This document shows positions 1-8,586 of a stretch of 32,000 nt of DNA, piece after piece. The stretch is taken from assembly GCF_000284115.1 (NCBI RefSeq), contig NC_017080.1:1200001-1232000 (forward strand), given 5' to 3'. Source of the stretch: Phycisphaera mikurensis NBRC 102666. Its GTDB lineage: Bacteria > Planctomycetota > Phycisphaerae > Phycisphaerales > Phycisphaeraceae. Position 1 is the stretch's first letter. Each line of letters starts with the position of its first letter. The notes beneath the pieces were generated by a model. That model searched no databases. It worked only from the letters and a program-made list of their open reading frames with translations, and had not been told where the DNA came from. Made by a program: the position numbers and the translations under genes.

Positions 1-870
<870 letters not shown>

Positions 871-890
871 GGGGGGCTTCGACAGGCAGG

Positions 891-946
891 CGAAGAAGCG
901 GGGAAGCGGGGAAGCGAAGAAGCGGGGAAGCGAAGAAGCGAAGAAG
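891..946. repeat. Imperfect octanucleotide tandem tract (CGAAGAAG / CGGGGAAG), 7 in-register units, 20 bp after glmS stop
   Basis: Direct reading: cgaagaag cggggaag cggggaag cgaagaag cggggaag cgaagaag cgaagaag. Confidence 0.9.
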
Positions 947-1505
947 CGGCCTGTGCCGGGGCCTGGACACCGGCCTGTGCCGGGGCCTGGACACCGCGTA
1001 CCCGCGTACCCGCGTACTGGGGCCTGGACACCGCGTACCGGGGCCTGGACACCGCGTACCGGGCCTCGAGAACATGGCCTGCGGGGTGCCGGGGGTGCCG
1101 GGGCCTGGACACCGCGGCCTGTGCCGGGGCCTGGACACCGCGTATCCGGAGATGAAGCACGGCCCGATCGCGCTGATCGACGAGGGCATGCCGGTGGTGT
1201 TCGTCGCGACCGGCGGCAGCCAGTACAGCAAGGTGATCTCCAACATCGGCCTGTGCCGGGGCCTGGCCTGTGCCGAGGCCTGGACACCGCGTACCCGCGT
1301 ACCGGCGTACCGGGGCCTGCGGCGTACCGGGGCCTGGACACCGCGTACCGGGCCTCGAGAACGTGGCCTGTGCCGGGGCCTGGACACCGCGTACCCGCGT
1401 ACCCGCGTACCGTACCGGGGCCTGGACACCGCGTACCGGGCCTCGAGAACGTGGCCTGTGCCGGGCCTGTGCCGGGGCCTGGACACCGCGTGGTGGACAC
1501 CGCGT
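947..1505. repeat. G/C-rich repeat cluster with ~11 copies of a '(TGCCG)GGGCCTGGACACCG' motif, interspersed with GCGTACCC octamers and 'GTACCGGGCCTCGAGAACRTGGCCTG'
   Basis: Repeated strings read directly, e.g. 'gcctgtgccggggcctggacaccg' and 'gcgtaccc gcgtaccc gcgtactg' at 996-1019. Confidence 0.85.
1148..1248 (+). repeat. 101-bp duplicated internal glmS fragment (copy of 543-643) embedded in the repeat cluster
   Basis: Base-by-base match to 543-643 at offset 605, with a single difference seen (C570 vs G1175). Confidence 0.95.
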
Positions 1506-1621
1506 GGGGACACTGCATCAGGCCGCAACACCGCAGGGGGCGTTGCTTCTTCGAGACGGTTTCTGTACGGTCCTCCTGCCGGGTCGCCCGACCCGCTTCT
1601 CGCTCCTTCCGGAGGCTCCCT

Positions 1622-2626
1622 GTGGCACGCCGCAACCGCTGCCTGATCGTCGACCCCGACCTCCCGCAGGCGTGGCACGTCAGCAACCGCTGTGCGAGGT
1701 CTCTGTTCCTGCTGGAGCCCGAGGCACAAGACCGCGGGGATCGCGAGCCGGAGGACCACCGCAAGGAGCTGCTGCTGGCGAGGCTGGAGAAGCTGGTGGC
1801 GGTCAGCTCCATCGAGGTGCTGGCCTTCAGCGTCATGGGCAACCACCTGCACCTGGTCCTGCGCAACGTGCCCGAGGTCGGCCACGCCTGGTCGCCGCGG
1901 GAGGTGCTGGACCGCTGGCTCGCCCTGCACCCGCTGCGGAACCGCCAGGGCCCGCGGGAGCCCGAGGCCGGCGAGCTGGAGGCGCTGGTGGCCGACGAAG
2001 CGTGGGTCGCCGCCACGAGGCGGAAGCTGATGGACCTCTCGCAGTTCATGAAAGAGCTCAAGCAGCACGTGGCCGTGGCCGTCAACAAGCTCGAGAGCGG
2101 CAGCGGCGCCTTCTGGAGCGGTCGGTACAAGAGCAAGCCGATCGACGATCCCGAGGGTCACCAGCTGGTGCGTTCGATGGTGTACGTGGACCTGAACCCC
2201 CTGGCGGCGGGGCTGTGCGATCGACCCGAGGACGGCCGCCACACCTCGCTGGAGGGGCGGCTGGGGCGGGACCAGCCAGCAACCCCGCAGCAAGCCGAGC
2301 CCGCCGAGCGGGCACCCACCGCCGCCTTCCGCCGCTCCCGCAGCGCCTCGTGGCTGGTGCCGCTGGCGGGCGAGGATCCCAGGTCGCGGATGCACGAAGC
2401 CGCCCGTGCCGCATCGGCGGCCGTGCCCGCTGCAGGCCGCACCGTCCTGGCCGGTCTGACCCTGCGTCGGTACCTGCGTTTGGTGGACGCCGTTTCGCGT
2501 CTCTTGCGTGCAGGCAAGGCCTCGCTGGACCGCCGGCTCGCGCCGATTCTCGAGCGTGTGGGCCTGGGCCCGGAGGACCTCCGCGTCGGCTTCGCGCGGA
2601 TGGCCACCGGCTCGCCGCACTTCTGA
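1622..2626 (+). CDS. IS200-like / REP-associated (RAYT-like) HUH transposase-family protein, copy 1
   Basis: GTG start 'MARRNRCLIVDPDLPQAWHVSNRCARSLFLL'; HUH motif 'MGNHLHLVL'; 'FMKELKQHVAVAVNKLESGSGAFWSGRYKSK'; 'MVYVDLNPLAAGLC'. Aligns by eye with the protein at 5537-6622. Confidence 0.85.
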   Translation: MARRNRCLIVDPDLPQAWHVSNRCARSLFLLEPEAQDRGDREPEDHRKELLLARLEKLVAVSSIEVLAFSVMGNHLHLVLRNVPEVGHAWSPREVLDRWLALHPLRNRQGPREPEAGELEALVADEAWVAATRRKLMDLSQFMKELKQHVAVAVNKLESGSGAFWSGRYKSKPIDDPEGHQLVRSMVYVDLNPLAAGLCDRPEDGRHTSLEGRLGRDQPATPQQAEPAERAPTAAFRRSRSASWLVPLAGEDPRSRMHEAARAASAAVPAAGRTVLAGLTLRRYLRLVDAVSRLLRAGKASLDRRLAPILERVGLGPEDLRVGFARMATGSPHF

Positions 2627-2660
2627 CGCCAGCGGATCCAGGCTCCAGCGTCCCCGGCCG

Positions 2661-2694
2661 GTAGGCTGGCGGGTGTGTCATGCGCCACGCCAGC
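2661..2694 (+). repeat. REP-like element: GTAG tetranucleotide followed by a 7-bp perfect stem (gctggcg 2665-2671 / cgccagc 2688-2694)
   Basis: GTAG then hairpin, 34 bp downstream of the copy-1 HUH protein stop; resembles classical REP layout (tetranucleotide foot plus hairpin). Confidence 0.4.
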
Positions 2695-2822
2695 GGCATC
2701 ACCCAAACGCGAGAGCCGCGCGGGCTCGCGAACGGCTGGCGCTTGCCCGCGAGGACGCGGGAGGCCGCGCAGGATGCTCCGAGCGGTCCGATCCGCGTCG
2801 GATGTGGAGGGGGCACCCGGAC

Positions 2823-2840
2823 GGTGTCCAGGCCCCGGCA
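2823..2840 (-). repeat. Inverted copy of the 18-mer TGCCGGGGCCTGGACACC found in the 947-1505 cluster
   Basis: 'ggtgtccaggccccggca' is the exact reverse complement of the cluster motif. Confidence 0.85.
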
Positions 2841-2855
2841 GATCGCCTTCCAGGA

Positions 2856-4595
2856 ATGCACGACGGATACGACTTCGAGGCGAGCGGCAACTTGCGGCTC
2901 TGGAAGGCGGAGGGTGACTCCGCGGGTCGCTCGTTGGAGCACTACATCCAACCCGCTGAGGAGTACTCCCTTCAAGACCTTGGACTTGAAGAGGCCGGTT
3001 CCACGGTGAAGTTGTACTTGGAGGCGCTCGGGAACACCTCGTCTTGGTGGTTCGGTCCCAACAACGACAGCACGTGGCAGTGGAACAACCCGACCTCGCC
3101 GCAGGCGATCAGCGTCCATGCCGAGCATGAGGATCTTCGGACTCAGATCGGTGACAGCGTCCTGGTGAAACCCATGCTGGTGGATCTGCGGATCGACAGC
3201 GACAACGACGGGACGCTGTCTCTGCGGGATGAAGCACTCGAACAAGCAGAGCCGGGCATCGCGCCCGGTGCATGGTGGGTCATCAACAACGACGACTCAG
3301 ATTCCGACCTCTGGGTCCCGGACTACGCCGACGGTTACGGACTCGCCGCCGCGAAGGGCACCGCCGTCAACGCCGAGGCCGACCAAGTTTCCAACGAGGA
3401 CGAGTTTTACAAGATCAGCACCGACTTCACGAGATACGCGGGCAACGATGCAGAGCGCCTGAAGGTCCGCTTTAACTACGATGCAAACGATCCGATCGCT
3501 GGTGTGCAATTCGATGGCACGCAAGGCTACCGGATCGTTGACGGCGGGCTAATCCGCATCTGGACCACGGACGCTGCGGATCCAGGCCGCGACGGACGGA
3601 AGCTTCAGGACGGCGGAAGTGTCATCGAGAGCGGGTACGCGTACAGCGTCAGCGACCTCCCGGCCGCGGGCCTTTATCTCGAGAGTGTCGCCAGTTCCGG
3701 CTCCCTCGCGGACCTCGACGTGCTGGTGGAGTACCTGCTGGACGGCGTCGTCTTTGCGTCGGACCGCGTCGCAGGCACGAGCGTGGCTTCCAAAGCAGGA
3801 TTCACCACCCAGGCGTTGCAGCGGGCACGCATCAACCCCGACACCTGGGCGCCGCTGGCAGGCTTCCCGTTCAACCAAAACACGGTGCAAGCGGTCTACG
3901 ACTACTACCGCGACACCTACCTTGCCAACCAAGACGACTTCGTCTGGCTGGGCATGGCTCGGATGGCGGGAGGTGCGGTGTGGGACGGGCTCATTACAGG
4001 CGAGCAGGCAATCACCCTCCTTCGTGCGGCGCTTGCCAACCCGCTACAGACTTGGCAGGATCGGCTCGGAAACCTCTATGCACTAGAGATAGCAGAACGG
4101 CAGCAAGTCATGTTCGTCGAGATGCAGAAGGCGATCTTCGAAGATCTCGCATGGCAGCATGAACTTTACGCTGATGCTGGATACGCTGCGTTCGAGATCT
4201 TGAGGACTCATACGCCGAAGGATGTACCTTCCGACGTAGATACCGTATGGAAGCAGATCGATGCGGGTGATGTAGTCAGGGGTAATTTCGCACTGGTCCC
4301 TCGCGAGCAGAACTACATCCTGCAACCTTACTGGGATCAGTTCACGGCCGCCTTTGGCATGCAAGGCGTCGTCATCGGGCAGGGAACAAGGTCTCCGCTG
4401 CCGAACGGGCTCCCATTTGCGTCAACACCGGGGCTCGGCCTCTTCCCGAATGTCGCGTGGTGGCCAGACCGTGAACGGTGGATCGAGCTCGACATGTGGC
4501 CGAAATGGTTGGACTACATCAAACGGGAGCGGGCTGATCTCGTCAAAGCTGGCCTCGGAACGCAGTTAGGGCCGGCGTTCGTCAGCCCAATCTGA
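2856..4595 (+). CDS. Large uncharacterised protein with a 'DLRIDSDNDG... NNDDSDSDLWVPDYADG' module and a distinct C-terminal domain; likely 5'-truncated relative to family
   Basis: Long ORF continuing well beyond flanking shadow ORFs, first plausible ATG at 2856; noticeably lower GC than surroundings. N-terminal module resembles one I recall from large planctomycete surface/secreted proteins (recollection, not searched). Confidence 0.7.
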   Translation: MHDGYDFEASGNLRLWKAEGDSAGRSLEHYIQPAEEYSLQDLGLEEAGSTVKLYLEALGNTSSWWFGPNNDSTWQWNNPTSPQAISVHAEHEDLRTQIGDSVLVKPMLVDLRIDSDNDGTLSLRDEALEQAEPGIAPGAWWVINNDDSDSDLWVPDYADGYGLAAAKGTAVNAEADQVSNEDEFYKISTDFTRYAGNDAERLKVRFNYDANDPIAGVQFDGTQGYRIVDGGLIRIWTTDAADPGRDGRKLQDGGSVIESGYAYSVSDLPAAGLYLESVASSGSLADLDVLVEYLLDGVVFASDRVAGTSVASKAGFTTQALQRARINPDTWAPLAGFPFNQNTVQAVYDYYRDTYLANQDDFVWLGMARMAGGAVWDGLITGEQAITLLRAALANPLQTWQDRLGNLYALEIAERQQVMFVEMQKAIFEDLAWQHELYADAGYAAFEILRTHTPKDVPSDVDTVWKQIDAGDVVRGNFALVPREQNYILQPYWDQFTAAFGMQGVVIGQGTRSPLPNGLPFASTPGLGLFPNVAWWPDRERWIELDMWPKWLDYIKRERADLVKAGLGTQLGPAFVSPI

Positions 4596-4635
4596 GCCTA
4601 GAGACTAAGCGATCCTCGATGAGGACAAAATTCCG

Positions 4636-5232
4636 ATGATCTGCGACTTGACCTCTTCGGTGTTCTCCCTCACGTTTGCCTTCGTCATCGCGACAGCAAC
4701 CGGCTGCGGGAAGATGGAGAAACCTCCCGTTGAGATTGTTGTTCGGACGCTGGAGGATCGGTGGCTGGATGCAAGCCCACCGTTCCGGACCCTTGAGTGG
4801 ACTGGGTTTACAGTCAATTCAAGCCACGAGGCGGGTATAGTAACGATTGGTCCTCCGGATATGACAGCACCCGTGGCCCGATATGCCTATCGAACAGTTT
4901 ACAAGAAGGAGCGATGGTCGCCCGAGAGCCTCGGCTACTACCTCTTCGCGGGTCGGGATGTCATGGAAGCACCGGAGGTCTCTGAACTCGCACTCAGCCT
5001 CATCCGAGCGACGGGCCGGACGGTCAGCGAGCGAGAGGCCACGGCATTAGAAGAACTCGTCACCGGGATCGCATACCGAGAGATCAGCGACGGCTCGGCG
5101 AGCCTCTCGATCTACAAAGACCTGGACACACCCAACGGGATCTCGCTCGACGTCTCCAGGCGCCCGCGGGGCAAGCCCGAGCTGACCCTCGATCTCTACC
5201 TGAGGATCTCGGACCCCGACCCGCTGTGGTGA
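4636..5232 (+). CDS. Putative lipoprotein of unknown function
   Basis: 'MICDLTSSVFSLTFAFVIATATGCGKMEKPP' signal peptide with lipobox-like 'ATGC'; 198 aa; 40 bp after the preceding CDS; low GC. Confidence 0.65.
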   Translation: MICDLTSSVFSLTFAFVIATATGCGKMEKPPVEIVVRTLEDRWLDASPPFRTLEWTGFTVNSSHEAGIVTIGPPDMTAPVARYAYRTVYKKERWSPESLGYYLFAGRDVMEAPEVSELALSLIRATGRTVSEREATALEELVTGIAYREISDGSASLSIYKDLDTPNGISLDVSRRPRGKPELTLDLYLRISDPDPLW

Positions 5233-5288
5233 CCGCCTCCAGGAGCGGTTTCCCGTGACACTGGATATCGGTCGCTGATGGAGACGCC

Positions 5289-5450
5289 ATGCACTGTGTT
5301 CCTCTTCGTGTCGCCGTTGTCGTCCTGACGGGCGCTCTTGGGCTCCCCGTCGCCGCCGAGCGTGTGGCGGAAGCCGTTGACAGCGGAGCGTCCCCGGTCG
5401 AAGGAGCAGAGCAATCCACCGGAGGAGGCTTCGACTTTAGGAACATGTAG
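5289..5450 (+). CDS. Possible small secreted peptide (53 aa)
   Basis: 'MHCVPLRVAVVVLTGALGLPVAAERVAEAVDSGASPVEGAEQSTGGGFDFRNM*' reads like a signal peptide plus short tail; no family recognised. Confidence 0.25.
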   Translation: MHCVPLRVAVVVLTGALGLPVAAERVAEAVDSGASPVEGAEQSTGGGFDFRNM

Positions 5451-5536
5451 GAACATGGGGTCAAGCCCCTTGCAGAGGTGCTATGGTGCCGTCGCCGAGT
5501 TGCCTCCCGCTCTCCCGCTCCTCCCACACCGCTCCC

Positions 5537-6622
5537 ATGGCCCGCTCTCTCCGCCACCAGATCCTGCCTGACGCCACCTGCGTCGTCCATGTTGTGTCGA
5601 AGATCTCGCGGTCGCTTCACTTGCTGGTGCCCGATGAGGATCGTGCCGGCGCCGGTGCCGTTGGCGACGCGGCCGAGCACCCCGACCTCCGCAAGGAGCT
5701 GCTGCTGCAGCGGCTGGAGACGCTGGCGGAGCAGACCTCGATCTCGGTATGCGGGTTCGCGGTGATGGACAACCACGTCCACCTGATCCTGCGGCGGGAC
5801 AAGGAGGAGGCCGCGGCGTGGTCAGCGGCGGAGGTGGTGGGGCGGTGGCTCGCGTTGCACCCCAAGCGGAATCGGGCGCGGCAGCCGGTGGAGACGCCGG
5901 AGGAGGACCTGGCGGCGATGGTGGCGGACGCGGGCCTGGTGGAGGCGCTGCGTGGAAAGCTGTCGAGCGTCTCGCAGTTCATGAAGGACCTCAAGCAGCG
6001 GACCGCGGAGGCGGTGAACAAGTTGGAAGGCCGCGGCGGGCGGCTCTGGGACGGGACGTTCAAGAGCAAGCTGATCGAGGACCAGGAGCAGCTGGTGGCG
6101 ACGATGGTGTACGTGGACTTGAACCCCTTCGCGGCGGGGGTGTGCGAGACGCCCGAAGAGGGCCGCCACACCTCGCTGGCGGGGCGGCTGGGGCGGGACG
6201 AGCCGGCGGGGGAGGTGAGCAAGCCCGCAGGATCCGCGGACCGCGACCGGGAGGAGGCCTCGGAGGCCGGCGGTCCGCGGGTTGGTCTGCGGTTGCCACG
6301 GCGGAGGTCCAGCGGGGCCTGGCTGCGGCCGCTGGACGAGTCGGCCCAGCGGGCGCGGAAGCGTGGGCAACGGCGGCACCCGCGAGGGCGGGCGGGGCTG
6401 AAAGCGGAGGCCGCGGGAACGGTGAGCCCGGGGCTGTCGCTGCAGATCTACCTGCGGATTCTCGACGCGGTCAGCCGCAAGCTGCGGGCGGGCAAGAAAC
6501 GCCTTGCGGCGGGCACGGCCAGCGTCTTCGAGCGGCTGAACCTGGACGCCGACGCGGTGGTCGGGCGGGTGCTGGCGATGGCGCAGCGGGACGGGCTGGC
6601 GGTGGCGGGCCGGGGCAGCTGA
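5537..6622 (+). CDS. IS200-like / REP-associated (RAYT-like) HUH transposase-family protein, copy 2
   Basis: 'MARSLRHQILPDATCVVHVVSKISRSLHLL', HUH motif 'MDNHVHLIL', 'FMKDLKQRTAEAVNKLEGRGGRLWDGTFKSKLI', 'MVYVDLNPFAAGVC'. Confidence 0.85.
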   Translation: MARSLRHQILPDATCVVHVVSKISRSLHLLVPDEDRAGAGAVGDAAEHPDLRKELLLQRLETLAEQTSISVCGFAVMDNHVHLILRRDKEEAAAWSAAEVVGRWLALHPKRNRARQPVETPEEDLAAMVADAGLVEALRGKLSSVSQFMKDLKQRTAEAVNKLEGRGGRLWDGTFKSKLIEDQEQLVATMVYVDLNPFAAGVCETPEEGRHTSLAGRLGRDEPAGEVSKPAGSADRDREEASEAGGPRVGLRLPRRRSSGAWLRPLDESAQRARKRGQRRHPRGRAGLKAEAAGTVSPGLSLQIYLRILDAVSRKLRAGKKRLAAGTASVFERLNLDADAVVGRVLAMAQRDGLAVAGRGS

Positions 6623-6627
6623 ACCGA

Positions 6628-6706
6628 GCTCGCCGGGGCCTGGCTACCTCGCAGGAGGCGTTGCTTCTTCCGAACGGATCCGCCGGGCTCGCCGGGGCCT
6701 GGACAC
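6628..6706 (+). repeat. Two direct copies of gctcgccggggcctgg (6628-6643 and 6687-6702), the second continuing into 'acac' as in the 947-1505 cluster; 'gcaggaggcgttgcttcttc' lies between them
   Basis: Direct reading; the intervening string also occurs with one change ('gcagggggcgttgcttcttc') upstream of copy-1 HUH protein. Confidence 0.7.
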
Positions 6707-6782
6707 TGTCCGGGTCGGGCCTGCCAGGGCCTGCCCGGGCCTGCCGGGCATCGCCGGGCGAGGGCTGTTGCGGTGACTGCGC

Positions 6783-6882
6783 CAGCCGCTTTGCAACGCA
6801 AGGCGGGCTCTTGTCCGGATCAGCGTCGATCCCCGAGGCGGCGTCGCCGGGCTCCGGCCCGCTCAGCGTTGCGAAGCGGCTG
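6783..6882. repeat. Imperfect inverted repeat, arms 6783-6799 and 6866-6882 (16/17 matching)
   Basis: 'cagccgctttgcaacgc' versus 'gcgttgcgaagcggctg' (reverse complement with one mismatch); similarity extends weakly outward. Confidence 0.7.
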
Positions 6883-7063
6883 ACGCTGTCAGCCCCGCCG
6901 GGATCTCGGTGGGCCTGCCTGGGAAGCTGCTCGGATCGTGGGGTGGCACGCCGGAGATGCACGGCCTCGTGGTGATGGCGACGGATCGATCGGTGAACGC
7001 CGGGTTCTCGTTTCCGAGCCCGCGGCTCATCCGCTCGTCGGCCGGTTCCTTACCCTCTCCCGC

Positions 7064-7591
7064 ATGCCGTCCCGCCTTCCAGCAGCCCTGCTGCTCGTTC
7101 TCCCGCTGCTGCTCCCGGCCTGCGTTGCGCCCACGTACGTGAACATCCCCTCGGAGGGCGGCATCGCGGCGAGCGATCCGAACAGCTTCAACGTGCGGGA
7201 CGTGGTGGCGGACTCGATCGCGGCGGCGGTGGAGCGGGAGCCGCTGGAGGGCGTCTACGAGATCCTGCTGCCCGAGGGCACGACGCAGCAGACGTACCAG
7301 GCGGTGGTGCGGCAGATCGGCGGCGGGGCGATCGCGCCCGACACGCTCCGCGACCGGCCGGTGCCCTCGGTCCGCGTGGTCGCGGTGCGGATCCGGAACC
7401 AGGACGCGGAGGTGGACGTGGTCCGCCCCAGCCCCACCGGCCGCTCCGTCGTCCGGGTCTTTCTGAAGTGGTACTACGGCGGCGACTGGGCCGTGCAGCG
7501 GGTGAAGCCGCTGCGGATCCCCGCGGAGGAGCTTCTGCTGCGGACCGCGACGCCGCCGCCGCCGCCGGACGCCGAGGATTCCGGAGAATGA
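7064..7591 (+). CDS. Putative lipoprotein, unknown function
   Basis: 'MPSRLPAALLLVLPLLLPACVAPTYVNIPSEGG' signal peptide/lipobox; stop overlaps next ATG (ATGA). Confidence 0.75.
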   Translation: MPSRLPAALLLVLPLLLPACVAPTYVNIPSEGGIAASDPNSFNVRDVVADSIAAAVEREPLEGVYEILLPEGTTQQTYQAVVRQIGGGAIAPDTLRDRPVPSVRVVAVRIRNQDAEVDVVRPSPTGRSVVRVFLKWYYGGDWAVQRVKPLRIPAEELLLRTATPPPPPDAEDSGE

Positions 7592-8565
7592 GCCGACGAG
7601 CCCGCCTGGCGCTGGCGGCGTGCGCCGCGACCCTCGGGTGCGGCCCGGCGGCTGCGCAGGAGGAGCCCCCGGAGCGGCTGCCCACGGCAACGGGAATGGC
7701 GGCGGTGGAGCCGCTGCACGCCGCGACGCCACAGCCGCTGCTCCGCCGCGAGGGCGACTTCATCGTGGGCCGCACCGCCCGGATCGTGGAGCTCGCCGAC
7801 GGTGCGCTCGCCGCGGTGTTCGACCGCCCGGACGTCGTCGAAGAGCGGCCGCTGGGCGAGGCTACCGGCGTGGACGACGAGGGCTTCCTCGCGGCTCCGC
7901 CGCCGCCGGAGCCTGCGCCGCTGCTGCCGCCGATGGTGCTCCAGCCGTCCCGCCAGCTCGACGCGTTGCGGGCCGTCCGCGCCGGCGGCGAGCCCGACGC
8001 GGCCTTCGCGCTCTCGGGCCGCGTGCAGCGGTACCGCGGCCGGAACCACCTGCTGCTCACCGGCTTCGAGGGGCGGATGGAGGCGCCCGAGGCGGCGGCC
8101 GCCGCGGGCGCTCCCGCCGCCGCCGCCGCCGCTGCCGCCGAGTTCGAGGACCCCGCGACGGAGTCGGTGGAGGCGCTGATGGCCGACCTCGACGAGGCCG
8201 CCCGCCCGGCCGCGGCGGGTCCGCGGTCGCCGGGCCCCACGCCGCCGGCGGCCGCTTCGCCAAGCGACGCGGCCGGCTGGCGGGACGGCGCTTTGGTCGC
8301 CCGCCGCCTCGGCCGCGTGCTGCCCGGGTCCTCCGGCGGGTCCCTCGCCGGCAGCGTCTTCGTCTTCGACGGCGGCGACCCGCCGCTGCGGCTGCTGCCC
8401 TGTGCCGCCACCGAGCGGGCCGAGACGCTCGAGCTCGGCGACGGCGGCGGCCGCGTCTTCGAGCTCTCCGGCCAGGTCCACGTCTCCGGGCAAGACGCGT
8501 GGGTGCTGCCGGCGTCGCTGCGGTCGCGGCCCGCCGCCGGCCGCGTCGACGAAGCCGACTACTGA
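7588..8565 (+). CDS. Secreted hypothetical protein
   Basis: 'MSRRARLALAACAATLGCGPAAAQEEPP' signal peptide; ATGA overlap with the upstream gene suggests translational coupling. Confidence 0.7.
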   Translation: MSRRARLALAACAATLGCGPAAAQEEPPERLPTATGMAAVEPLHAATPQPLLRREGDFIVGRTARIVELADGALAAVFDRPDVVEERPLGEATGVDDEGFLAAPPPPEPAPLLPPMVLQPSRQLDALRAVRAGGEPDAAFALSGRVQRYRGRNHLLLTGFEGRMEAPEAAAAAGAPAAAAAAAAEFEDPATESVEALMADLDEAARPAAAGPRSPGPTPPAAASPSDAAGWRDGALVARRLGRVLPGSSGGSLAGSVFVFDGGDPPLRLLPCAATERAETLELGDGGGRVFELSGQVHVSGQDAWVLPASLRSRPAAGRVDEADY

Positions 8566-8586
8566 CCAGCGGCCAAGGATCCCGCC

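Noticed and set aside
947-1505. CRISPR array
   Set aside because: Repeat modules are irregular in spacing and order, 'spacers' are themselves repeated or a glmS fragment, and no cas genes are present.
2508-2855. Extending the cargo CDS start back to 2508
   Set aside because: The upstream part overlaps the HUH protein 3' end in another frame and looks like GC-rich shadow translation; ATG 2856 coincides with the composition change.
871-6900. Tn7-like insertion at the glmS 3' end
   Set aside because: The location fits, but no tnsA/B/C-like genes or Tn7-type ends were seen, and the duplicated glmS segment is internal (543-643), not the attTn7 terminus.
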